Below are positions 16,312-25,015 of a stretch of 64,000 nucleotides of DNA, piece after piece; position 1 is the first letter of the stretch, and every line of letters starts with the position of its first letter. Under the pieces are notes generated by a model, which did not search any database, was not told the DNA's origin, and saw only the letters and a list, made by a program, of their open reading frames with translations. This stretch comes from Candidatus Dormibacteria bacterium (GTDB lineage: Bacteria > Chloroflexota > Dormibacteria > Aeolococcales > Aeolococcaceae). A program made the position numbers and the translations under genes. Where the stretch lies: assembly GCA_050012735.1 (NCBI GenBank), contig JBEKGP010000001.1:2055-66054 (forward strand), read 5' to 3'.

Positions 16312-16992
16312 ATGACCACAGTAGGACAGCAACCGCGCCGCTCGGTCGAAGACTTCCACTTCGGAGCCAAGGTGGTCTCCGCCGATGGGAGGCACATCGG
16401 CTCCCTGAACTTCATGATCATCGACGGCGAGAGCTTCGACATCCACGCCATCGTCGTCAAGGAGACGCGCCACTTCTCCGGCCACATGGTGGCGGCCACC
16501 GCGCTGATGGAGGACGACGTCTCCATCCCCGTCGGTGCCGTGAAGGACGTCACGCGCGAGCTGATCACCCTCTCGATGACGTCGGGGGAGGTTCGGCGCA
16601 CCGAGCCGTACCTCACCTATCAGTACGCGCTCCCCGAGAAGGGAGACGCCGGCCGCCTCCTCCTGGCCCATGCCGGACAGGTCGGGTACCCGTCCCACCT
16701 CGTGGAGGAGGCACACAAGCGCCTCGACGAGCTGGAGATCTCCCGTGGCGAGAACGTGATGCTCGGCCACAGCGGGCACAAGCTGGGGACGGTGCAGGAC
16801 GTCGTGCTCGACGAGGGTGAGCTGGCCGGGGTGGTCATCCGACCGGAGGGGCTTTTCGAGGGCCTCTTCAAGCAGGACGTCCTCCTCCAGATCCGTTTCC
16901 TCGGCCGGAGCGACGACCTCGCCCTCTTTGCCCACCTCACCGAGGTGGACATCGCCCGGCTCCAGCCGTTCCACCCGAGCGGCGGGGCATAG
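16312..16992 (+). CDS. PRC-barrel domain protein (two PRC-like modules)
   Basis: FGAKVVSADGRHIGSLNFMIID... and GENVMLGHSGHKLGTVQDVVLDEGELAGVVIRPEG match the PRC-barrel pattern. Confidence 0.65.
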   Translation: MTTVGQQPRRSVEDFHFGAKVVSADGRHIGSLNFMIIDGESFDIHAIVVKETRHFSGHMVAATALMEDDVSIPVGAVKDVTRELITLSMTSGEVRRTEPYLTYQYALPEKGDAGRLLLAHAGQVGYPSHLVEEAHKRLDELEISRGENVMLGHSGHKLGTVQDVVLDEGELAGVVIRPEGLFEGLFKQDVLLQIRFLGRSDDLALFAHLTEVDIARLQPFHPSGGA

Positions 16993-17119
16993 GCGCCTGC
17001 GCCTCAGCCTGAGCCGGTCGGCGGCTCCGCTCCCGAGAGGGCGGCAGAGAGGGGGGGCCTTAGGGCGGCCGGCCATGCCGGCGACGGGAGGCGAATCAAG
17101 GCGCGGTGGTCCGAGGGCC

Positions 17120-17148
17120 TTGCAGGTTGACCGCGAACCCGGTACAGT
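17120..17148 (+). promoter_or_regulatory. candidate recA promoter P1
   Basis: TTGCAG (17120-17125), a 17-nt spacer, then TACAGT (17143-17148). The SOS box follows immediately downstream. Confidence 0.35.
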
Positions 17149-17154
17149 ACCGAC

Positions 17155-17166
17155 GTACATCTGTTC
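17155..17166 (+). promoter_or_regulatory. LexA (Cheo-type SOS) box upstream of recA
   Basis: GTACATCTGTTC (reverse complement GAACAGATGTAC) has one mismatch to GAAC-N4-GTTC. Confidence 0.5.
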
Positions 17167-17286
17167 GGCATCGCCGCCGCCGCCCCAGGAGACCAAGCCG
17201 TGACAAGCACACAGCAGAGTAGTACCATCAATCGTACAATTGAGGTGACCGGGCGGCGATCGGCCGCCACCACGGAGGCGGACGCG

Positions 17287-18327
17287 GTGACGACGGAGCG
17301 GGAGCGGGCCCTCTCGACGGCCCTCAGCCAGATCGAGCGCAGCCACGGCAAGGGCGCGATCATGCGCCTGGGCGACGTCCAGACCCAGCGGGTCGACTTC
17401 ATCCCGACCGGGGCCCTGACCCTGGACATCGCGCTGGGGGTCGGTGGCATCCCGCGTGGTCGCGTCGTCGAGGTGTTCGGGCCGGAGAGCTCGGGCAAGA
17501 CGACGCTGACCCTCCACATCATCGCCGAGGCCCAGAAGAGGGGCGGGGTCGCCGCCTTCATCGACGCCGAGCACGCTCTCGATCCCCAGTACGCGGTGCG
17601 GATCGGCGTGCGGACCGAGGAGCTGCTCATCTCCCAGCCGGACACCGGCGAGCAGGCGCTGGAGATCGTCGAGGTCCTCGTCCGCAGCGGCGCTGTGGAC
17701 GTGGTCGTGATCGACTCGGTGGCGGCTCTGGTTCCCAAGGCCGAGATCGACGGCGAGATGGGGGATAACCACGTCGGTCTCCAGGCGCGGCTCATGTCAC
17801 AGGCGATGCGCAAGCTGACCGCTGCCATCAGCCGGTCCAACACCTCCGTCATCTTCATCAACCAGCTCCGCGAGAAGATCGGTGTGATGTTCGGCAACCC
17901 GGAGGTCACCAGCGGCGGGCGCGCCCTCAAGTTCTACGCATCGGTGCGCCTCGACATCCGCAAGATCGACACCATCAAGGTCGGGCTGGAGGCCGTCGGC
18001 AGCCGGGTCCGGGTGAAGGTCGTCAAGAACAAGGTGGCCCCCCCGTTCCGCAACGCGGAATTCGACATCCTCTACAACGAGGGGATCTCCTTTGCGGGCA
18101 GCGTTCTCGACATGGCGGTCGACGCCCGCATCGTCGACAAGAGCGGAGCCTGGTTCTCCTATGGCGACCTTCGCCTCGGTCAGGGCCGGGAGAACGTCCG
18201 CGACTTCCTCAAGCAGAATCCCGAGCTCCTCGAGGAGATCGCCAGCAAGGTCCGGCAGCACGCTCTGCCCGCGCCCGTCGTCGCCGAGGATGCGGAGGAG
18301 GTCCCGCCGGCGGTTCCGGTGGGCTGA
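17287..18327 (+). CDS. recA: recombinase RecA
   Basis: [18 protein letters not shown]...[13 protein letters not shown]...[34 protein letters not shown] is the RecA pattern. GTG 17287 has GGAGG 8 nt upstream and gives a canonical ~346-aa RecA. The ORF is open back to GTG 17200, through a lower-GC stretch. Confidence 0.93.
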   Translation: MTTERERALSTALSQIERSHGKGAIMRLGDVQTQRVDFIPTGALTLDIALGVGGIPRGRVVEVFGPESSGKTTLTLHIIAEAQKRGGVAAFIDAEHALDPQYAVRIGVRTEELLISQPDTGEQALEIVEVLVRSGAVDVVVIDSVAALVPKAEIDGEMGDNHVGLQARLMSQAMRKLTAAISRSNTSVIFINQLREKIGVMFGNPEVTSGGRALKFYASVRLDIRKIDTIKVGLEAVGSRVRVKVVKNKVAPPFRNAEFDILYNEGISFAGSVLDMAVDARIVDKSGAWFSYGDLRLGQGRENVRDFLKQNPELLEEIASKVRQHALPAPVVAEDAEEVPPAVPVG

Positions 18328-18350
18328 CCGGACCTCCGGCAGGCGCTGTC

Positions 18351-18896
18351 ATGCCCTTCGCCGGCTCCGGTGGCCAGCGCGGTCGCCGCTACGAGCCCCC
18401 GCCACCTGTCGACCCGGACGACCGCGCTGCGGCGTCCGCAATGGCACAGCGCCTGCTCGCGGTGACCGATCGTTCACGTGTCGAACTGCAGCGCCGCCTG
18501 GAGCGGCGCGGCTACGCGCCCGAGACGGCGATCGCGGCCGTCGACCGCCTCCAGGCCCGCGGCTGGGTCGATGACAACCGCTTCGCCGAGGAGCTGGCTC
18601 GGCGCCGCCTCAGTCACGGCTACGGTCGCCGGCGGGTGGTCGCAGACCTGGTGTCACGCGGCGTCGACGCGGAGACCGTCAACCGGACGGCGGCGGCGCT
18701 CGGCGAGGGACAGGCGGACGCGGTGCGGATCGCCGCCGACCGGCTCCGCCGTGGCCATTCCGGGCCCCTGACGGACCCGGAGGTGCGCCGTCTCGCCGCC
18801 GCCCTGCAACGGCGCGGATTCGACATGTCCGACATCCGCGCGGTGCTGCGCCAGATGGCCACCGAGGTCGCGTCTCTCCCGCCGGACGAGGACTGA
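18351..18896 (+). CDS. recX: recombination regulator RecX
   Basis: RSRVELQRRLERRGYAPETAIAAVDRLQARGWVDDNRFAEELARRR shows RecX helical repeats. The gene lies immediately downstream of recA. Confidence 0.85.
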   Translation: MPFAGSGGQRGRRYEPPPPVDPDDRAAASAMAQRLLAVTDRSRVELQRRLERRGYAPETAIAAVDRLQARGWVDDNRFAEELARRRLSHGYGRRRVVADLVSRGVDAETVNRTAAALGEGQADAVRIAADRLRRGHSGPLTDPEVRRLAAALQRRGFDMSDIRAVLRQMATEVASLPPDED

Positions 18897-18950
18897 CCCC
18901 GCCAGCCCAGGTCAGCCGGACGAGGTGGGCGCCAGACGGCGCAGTCCCGA

Positions 18951-20282
18951 TCAGCCTGCGGGAGAGGGGATAGCCCCGCGACGCTCCCACCCCAGCACGG
19001 GCCCGAGCAGCACGAACGTGCACACCGACAGGAGAAACCCGAAGATCACCAGCCCGTCAAAGGACGCCAGGCTGACCGCCACGCCACCCAGGGCGGCGCC
19101 GATGGCGCCTCCTGCCGCCAGGGTCACGGTGTAGATGGACATGAGCGCCGAGCGGTCCGCCGCGTGCGTCTCCGAGCTGTTGGCCAGGTAGGCGACGGCG
19201 GCCGGACCGAACCCGGCCAGCCAGAGGATGCCCAGTCCGGCCACCGGCAGCAGGACGAAGACAGCCACGTGAGGGAGGCTGTTGGCCGCCAGGAGCGCGG
19301 CGGAGAAAAGCCAGGCGCCCGGGATGGCGCGCCGCATCTGCCGAGCCGGTCCCAGCCGGTTGATCCACGGGGTCCAGAGGACGATCCCGATCACCAGCAC
19401 GGCGATCGCGCTGACGAGGACCAGGGAGACCAACCGGGTGTCGAAGTGGTGGACCAGCCTCTGGCCCCTGACGGGGGAGTGGTGGAGGAGGGACGCGAGG
19501 TTGGAGCCGTAGGCGCCGATGAGGGCGAATGTGCCCACCCAGGCCGGGAGGAAGCTCCGGATGGGCCCCGGTCCGGCGACATCGCGCAGGAGGGTCGAGA
19601 GGCGGGTGATCGGAAGGGGCGGGACGTGGGCGACGAAGCGGAGGCAGATGAGGCCGGCCAGCAGGTAGACCGCAGCCAGCACCACGAACGCGCCTCTTCC
19701 GAGGTAGTGGTAGGCGAACGGGCCGAGCACGAACCCGCCGGCGTACCCCGCCATGGTGGCCGCCTCGAAGGCGCCGCTGGCCCGCGCCCGCGCCCGTACG
19801 CTCAGGGAGGTCGCCGCGGCGATCGCCCCCAGAGCGGTCGGCACGAATGCGGCGGCGGCCACCCCTTCCACGATCCTGGCCGCGAAGATCTGCTGCGAAT
19901 GGAGGGATGCCCCAACCAGGAGCAATCCCAGCGCCCCCACCACGGGACCGCCCACCACGAACATCTTGCGGCCGAGCCGGTCGGCGAACCGTGCCAGGAA
20001 GGGAGCGAAGAGCATCTCGCTGAGCGCCTGAGCCGTGCCGACGAGCCCGATGGTCGTCCCGTGAGGACGCCCGTGCGCCAGGTCGGCGAGGTAGAACTGC
20101 ACCGCCACGGTGGCCCCCGCCGCCGCCACCCTGATCAGGGCGGTGCCGGTGAGGAGGGCCGCAATCGAGGCCTGGCGGGTATCGCGGAGCTCCTGCTCCA
20201 AGTCGGCCACGAGATCTGCGCTCGTCGCCGCGCCGGCGGCGCCACCGCTCTTGACGGGATGGCCCTCGGTGCCCTCGGTCAT
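18951..20282 (-). CDS. MFS transporter
   Basis: From ATG 20282 there are about 12 TM helices. LSEMLFAPFLARFADRLGRKMF is the MFS motif A region. Confidence 0.8.
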   Translation of the reverse strand: MTEGTEGHPVKSGGAAGAATSADLVADLEQELRDTRQASIAALLTGTALIRVAAAGATVAVQFYLADLAHGRPHGTTIGLVGTAQALSEMLFAPFLARFADRLGRKMFVVGGPVVGALGLLLVGASLHSQQIFAARIVEGVAAAAFVPTALGAIAAATSLSVRARARASGAFEAATMAGYAGGFVLGPFAYHYLGRGAFVVLAAVYLLAGLICLRFVAHVPPLPITRLSTLLRDVAGPGPIRSFLPAWVGTFALIGAYGSNLASLLHHSPVRGQRLVHHFDTRLVSLVLVSAIAVLVIGIVLWTPWINRLGPARQMRRAIPGAWLFSAALLAANSLPHVAVFVLLPVAGLGILWLAGFGPAAVAYLANSSETHAADRSALMSIYTVTLAAGGAIGAALGGVAVSLASFDGLVIFGFLLSVCTFVLLGPVLGWERRGAIPSPAG

Positions 20283-20582
20283 GACCGAGGGCTGCCTCCC
20301 GGTCCCATCGTGCGTGCCATCGTCCGTGTCCCTCCCGCCATCACGGCCAGACGCCGCCTCACCCGGCAATTCTGGCGGCAGGAACCCCATCCTGGGTGGA
20401 CTCCTGCCACCAACCGTCCCAACTCGCCACCCGCGATCTGACAGCGGCCACCAGCCGCTTCGTGGAGAGGCCGTGGAAGCGCGGCAGAGGCCCCCGCGGA
20501 TCACCTCCGAAGGCTCTCGCCTCCCCATCGGTGTCCAAGGTCCGTACAATGCCGTCACAACCCCAGGGACCGTCCGGCATTT

Positions 20583-22241
20583 GTGGCCGGTTCGGTCGTG
20601 AGCATGGGCGGGTGCCGCACCACTCACGACCTGCGTCCCCCGGGTGGCGCCCCGAACGAGGTGGCGGGCCACCTCAACTTCCCGACAACTCCGAGGACAC
20701 CTCCCATCATCGACATCCTGGGCTTTGTTGCCCTTGGGCTGGGCGTGGTCATTGCAGTGGCCGGCCTCGTCTATGCTCGGCGTCTCCGCGACAGCGTCGC
20801 GGCGTCACGCGAGGTCGAGACGGCCCGCCTCCACGAGGAGCGGGGCGCGGCCGAGCAGGAACGTGCGTCGATCGTCCTCGCCGCGCGCGAGGACGCCCAC
20901 CGGCTCCGCTCCGAGACCGAGGCCGAGGTCCGGGAGCGCCGCGGCGAGATGGCACGTCTGGAGCAGCGCCTCGCCCAGCGCGAGGAGGGGCTCGAGAAGC
21001 GCAATCGCGATGTCGAGCAGGGGGAGCAGCGGCTCACCCGGCGCGAGGAGGAGCTGGAGCAGACCCGGGTCCAGATCGAGGACGAGCGCACCGGCGTCGC
21101 CAAGGAGCTGGAGAGGGTCGCGGGCATGAGCCAGGAGGAGGCCCGGGGCGAGCTGCTCCGCGAGGTCGAGGGTGAGCTGGACCACGAGATCGCCGAGCGC
21201 ATCCGGTCAGCCGAGAAGCGGGTGCGTGAGGAGGCGGATGAGCGCGCTCGCGAGATCCTCATCTCCACCATGCAGCGCCACGCCTCAGAGCAGACGGGCG
21301 AGGCCGCCGTCACCGTCGTCCATCTCCCCACTGACGACCTGAAGGGGCGGATCATCGGCCGTGAGGGGCGCAACATCCGAGCCCTCGAGGCGGCGACCGG
21401 CATCGACGTCATCGTGGACGAGACCCCCGAATCGGTGGTCCTCTCCGGATTCGACCCGGTGCGCCGGGAGGTCGCCAAGGTGGCCCTGGAGCGGCTCTTC
21501 ATCGACGGTCGCATCCACCCCGCGCGCATCGAGGAGGTGGTGGCCAAGAGTCGCTCCGAGATCGCCGACCGGCTCCGCGAGGAGGGCGAGGCGGCCATCC
21601 AGGAGATGGGCATCACCGGCGTCCACCCGGAGCTGGTCAAGCTGCTCGGCACGCTCCGCTACCGGAGTTGGTACGGCGCCAATGTCCTGGTCCACAGCAA
21701 GGACACCGCCCTGGTCGCCGGGCTGCTGGCCGCAGAGATCGGTTGCGACGTCCAGGAGGCGCGTGAGATCGGCCTCTTCCACGACATCGGCCACGCCGTC
21801 GAGCAGCACGTCGAAGGCTCTCACGCCATCATCGGCGGCGAGATCCTGGCCCGACTCGGGCGGCCGGCCGCGGTCGTCCACGCGGTCCGTGCGCATCACT
21901 ACGACGAGGAGCCGCGGTCCATCGGGGCCTTCGTGCTCATGACCGCCGACGCTATCACCGCCTCCCGGCACGGAGCGCGGCGGGAGACGCTCGCCTCCTC
22001 GATCAAGCGGCTGGAGAGGTTGGAGCAGATCGCCGACCAGCTGCCCGGTGTCGAGCGCAGCTTCGCCATCCAAGCCGGCAAGGAGCTACGGGTGATGGTG
22101 CGGCCGGAGGAGGTCGACGACGACCGAGCGCAGATCATGGCGCGCGAGATCGCCAAGCGGCTTCACGCCGAGGCGAGCTACACCGGCCGGATCAAGGTGG
22201 TCGTGCTCAGAGAGACCCGGAGCGTCGAATACGCGAAGTGA
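20583..22241 (+). CDS. rny: ribonuclease Y
   Basis: It has an N-terminal TM helix, a coiled coil, a KH domain (DDLKGRIIGREGRNIRALE) and an HD domain (HDIGHAVE). The start is uncertain: GTG 20583, ATG 20604 or a later GTG. Confidence 0.9.
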   Translation: MAGSVVSMGGCRTTHDLRPPGGAPNEVAGHLNFPTTPRTPPIIDILGFVALGLGVVIAVAGLVYARRLRDSVAASREVETARLHEERGAAEQERASIVLAAREDAHRLRSETEAEVRERRGEMARLEQRLAQREEGLEKRNRDVEQGEQRLTRREEELEQTRVQIEDERTGVAKELERVAGMSQEEARGELLREVEGELDHEIAERIRSAEKRVREEADERAREILISTMQRHASEQTGEAAVTVVHLPTDDLKGRIIGREGRNIRALEAATGIDVIVDETPESVVLSGFDPVRREVAKVALERLFIDGRIHPARIEEVVAKSRSEIADRLREEGEAAIQEMGITGVHPELVKLLGTLRYRSWYGANVLVHSKDTALVAGLLAAEIGCDVQEAREIGLFHDIGHAVEQHVEGSHAIIGGEILARLGRPAAVVHAVRAHHYDEEPRSIGAFVLMTADAITASRHGARRETLASSIKRLERLEQIADQLPGVERSFAIQAGKELRVMVRPEEVDDDRAQIMAREIAKRLHAEASYTGRIKVVVLRETRSVEYAK

Positions 22242-22395
22242 CCGTAGGCACGGCAGCCATCACCTCTGATCCCTCGTAACAATCGGGTCGCAGGGGCCGG
22301 TGCGCGCCGGTGGGTGAGGACAATCCGCACTCACAGATATGCTTTCGTCGTCGCAGGGATCTCAGCAACCGCCCACACAGGGCAGGGCAGCGCTC

Positions 22396-22656
22396 GTGGA
22401 AATTCTCAAGGTCTCAGCAACCAGCAAGCCGGTCTCTGTGGCCGGCGCCATCGCTGGGGTGATTCGCAGCCAGCACCGGGTAGAGGTGCAGGCCATCGGT
22501 GCCGGCGCGATCAACCAGGCTATCAAGGCCATTGCCATCTCCCGGGGCTACGTCGCCCCGGGAGGGATCGACCTGGTGTGCATCCCGTCATTCATCGACA
22601 TCTCGATCGACGGCGAGGAGCGCACCGGCATCCGCCTCCTGATCGAATCGCGCTGA
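22396..22656 (+). CDS. spoVS: SpoVS-family protein
   Basis: From GTG 22396 the translation reads (M)EILKVSATSKPVSVAGAIAGVIRSQHRVEVQAIGAGAINQAIKAIAISRGYVAPGGIDLVCIPSF. The ORF is open from ATG 22339, but the family normally starts at MExLKVS. Confidence 0.85.
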   Translation: MEILKVSATSKPVSVAGAIAGVIRSQHRVEVQAIGAGAINQAIKAIAISRGYVAPGGIDLVCIPSFIDISIDGEERTGIRLLIESR

Positions 22657-22778
22657 CCGCCATGCGCGGCGCCGGTTACAGAGGTCGACCCCTTCCACGT
22701 TGACCGCCGCTCTGCGCGCGGTCCGCGGCCCTCAGGTTCGACGCCGCCACGCTCCCGGCCGACCTTCGCCCGCGAAGC

Positions 22779-23030
22779 TCAGGCCGGACCGGTGCGGTCC
22801 CGGTGCCGCTCGCGTTCCAGCTCCTCGTCGACCCAGTCCGCCCCCTCGTGGCTCTCCAGCGACTCGGGAGTGCCCGGCCGCGGCCTGACCCACGAGGGCC
22901 CAAAGACGGTCTCGGGGTAGGGCAGGTTGTCGCCCAGGTTCGCCACCTCGTCATCCGGGCGCCCGGACCTCACCCAGATCAGGGCCACGAAGAGGACGGC
23001 CAGCACCGCGATGATGATCACCCCGATCAC
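22779..23030 (-). CDS. small single-pass membrane protein, hypothetical
   Basis: The TM helix MIGVIIIAVLAVLFVALIWV is followed by an acidic/Pro-rich tail. GC3 is high. Confidence 0.4.
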   Translation of the reverse strand: MIGVIIIAVLAVLFVALIWVRSGRPDDEVANLGDNLPYPETVFGPSWVRPRPGTPESLESHEGADWVDEELERERHRDRTGPA

Positions 23031-23080
23031 CCGGCCATCGTCGCATGTTCCGACGACCCGTCCGGCCCTCGAGGTCGCGG

Positions 23081-23218
23081 TCAGCGGTCCCGGTAGCCCC
23101 GGAAGTAGCGGGAACGCCAGTTCACACTTTCGGGGTCCTCACCGCCGCGCTTCCTTCTCCAGATGTCGGCGAGCACCGCCGCGACGGCGAGGAAGGCGAC
23201 TAGGATGAACCACCACAC
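23081..23218 (-). CDS. small single-pass membrane protein, hypothetical (45 aa from GTG)
   Basis: (M)WWFILVAFLAVAAVLADIWRRKRGGEDPE... The upstream part of the listed 75-aa ORF is Arg/Gly low complexity. Confidence 0.3.
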   Translation of the reverse strand: MWWFILVAFLAVAAVLADIWRRKRGGEDPESVNWRSRYFRGYRDR

Positions 23219-23332
23219 GCTGCCCCATTGTGCGCCCCGCCGGTCGAGCCCAGAGACGGCGTGGTGACGCCGGCGCCACCCGCCGCCGGGCCGCCGACCC
23301 GTCCCCACCGCTCGCCGGCACGGTCCCGCGGC

Positions 23333-23494
23333 TCAGTCGTCGCCGCCGCGGGTGACGTGCCGCACCCAGTGCTCCAGGCGATCGGCGGCAGCGTCACGTT
23401 CTTCGGGCGGCCGGCTCCGCAGTGCCCACCACCTAAGCCCAAAGCACCAGATGAGGACGAGAAGAAGCGCCGCAAGATAGACCACCTGCTCCAC
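23333..23494 (-). CDS. small single-pass membrane protein, hypothetical (53 aa, GTG start; not in ORF track)
   Basis: Hand translation gives VEQVVYLAALLLVLIWCFGLRWWALRSRPPEERDAAADRLEHWVRHVTRGGDD*. GC3 is high. Confidence 0.3.
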   Translation of the reverse strand: MEQVVYLAALLLVLIWCFGLRWWALRSRPPEERDAAADRLEHWVRHVTRGGDD

Positions 23495-23616
23495 GGCAGC
23501 CCATCATGGCAGGGCCTCGCCGGCCGTGCCAGGGGGAGACCGTCCGCGGGCGCAGGCGAACCGGGCGGCACGCTCTCGCCGCTGCCTCCGTCGCACGGGG
23601 TACCCTCTGAACCTCG

Positions 23617-25002
23617 ATGTCCACGCCGCTTCCCCTGCTCAGCTCCTCTGCCCGCGGCTTCCAGGCGATCCCGCTCGCCCAGCGCCCGGCCGGCCGCCAA
23701 CCGATCGTCCCCGTGCTCGGAAGGCCGCCCCGCGTCCACCTCTGGCACATCGGCTGCCAGATGAACGACGCCGACCACGAGATGCTCGCTGAGCGCTTTG
23801 CGGAGATCGGCTGCGTTCCCGACGCCGCCCTGGACGACGCGGATCTCGCGGTGCTGATCACCTGCGCGGTGCGTCAGAACGCGGAGCAGAAGGTGTACGG
23901 GAAGTTCCGCGACCTCATCGAGTGGAAGCGGGCGCGCCCCGGACGTGCCGTGGCCATGACCGGCTGCATGGCGGTGGAGCACGGCTCAACCCTCCTGCGC
24001 AAGCTCCCCGAGCTCGACTACCTCTTCGACGTGCGCGACTGCGACGGCTTCTTCGTGCGGCTCCAGGCGGTCCACGGCACCGACCTCGACGGGCCCGTGC
24101 CCATGCCCGCCTCCGACCGGCTGCTCGCCTACGTCTCCGTGATGGGCGGCTGCAACGAGATGTGCACCTACTGCATCGTCCCCTTCGTTCGCGGCCGGGA
24201 GACGAGCCGCCCGGTGGCGGAGATCGTGGAGGAGGTCCACCGCCTGGTGGAGCGGGGAGTGCGCGAGGTGACCCTCCTCGGCCAGAACGTCAACTCCTAC
24301 TCCGACCCTGCGACCGGTGCCGGTCTCCCCGAGCTGCTCGCCGCGGTCGACAGCGTCCCCGGGCTCTGGCGACTGCGCTTCCTCACCTCGCACCCGCGCA
24401 ACGCCGTCCCCGGGCTCTACGAGGCGATGCGCGACCTCCCCACCGTCTGCGAGCAGCTCCACCTTCCCGTCCAGGCGGGCGACGACGAGCTGCTCCGGCG
24501 GATGCGCCGCATGTACACCGTCGACGAGTACCTGGAGAAGATCGCCGCGGCCCGCGCCACCGTCCCCGCCCTCGCCGTCACCACCGACATCATCGTCGGC
24601 TTCTCCGGGGAGACCGAGGCCGAGTTCCTCGGCACCGAGCGGCTCCTGCGCACGGTGCGCTTCGACGTCGTCCACCTTCAGGCATATTCGGTCCGGCCCG
24701 GCACCGCGGCCGCCCGGCGGCCCGACGACGTGCCGCTCACGGAGAAGAAGAGGCGGCTCAATCATCTCCTCGATCTCCAGCGCGACATCGCTCTGCAGCG
24801 CAACCTTGCCCTGGTCGGGGAGCGGATCCAGATCTTGGTCGAATCGACGACCGACGACGGGCGTCCCTTCGGCCGCACCCGCCAGGGCAAGATCGCCCTG
24901 TTGCCCGCGGGCTCCGCCGCCATCGGCGAGCTCCGCGAGGCGACGGTGCGCACCGCCAGCGCCTGGCAGCTGACCGCGGACGTCGAGGCCGCGGCGGCCT
25001 GA
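23617..25002 (+). CDS. miaB: tRNA-i6A37 methylthiotransferase MiaB
   Basis: It has an UPF0004 domain (GCQMNDAD), the radical-SAM motif GCNEMCTYCIVPFVRGRE, and a TRAM C-terminus. Confidence 0.9.
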   Translation: MSTPLPLLSSSARGFQAIPLAQRPAGRQPIVPVLGRPPRVHLWHIGCQMNDADHEMLAERFAEIGCVPDAALDDADLAVLITCAVRQNAEQKVYGKFRDLIEWKRARPGRAVAMTGCMAVEHGSTLLRKLPELDYLFDVRDCDGFFVRLQAVHGTDLDGPVPMPASDRLLAYVSVMGGCNEMCTYCIVPFVRGRETSRPVAEIVEEVHRLVERGVREVTLLGQNVNSYSDPATGAGLPELLAAVDSVPGLWRLRFLTSHPRNAVPGLYEAMRDLPTVCEQLHLPVQAGDDELLRRMRRMYTVDEYLEKIAAARATVPALAVTTDIIVGFSGETEAEFLGTERLLRTVRFDVVHLQAYSVRPGTAAARRPDDVPLTEKKRRLNHLLDLQRDIALQRNLALVGERIQILVESTTDDGRPFGRTRQGKIALLPAGSAAIGELREATVRTASAWQLTADVEAAAA

Positions 25003-25015
25003 CCGGCGGGAGTAG

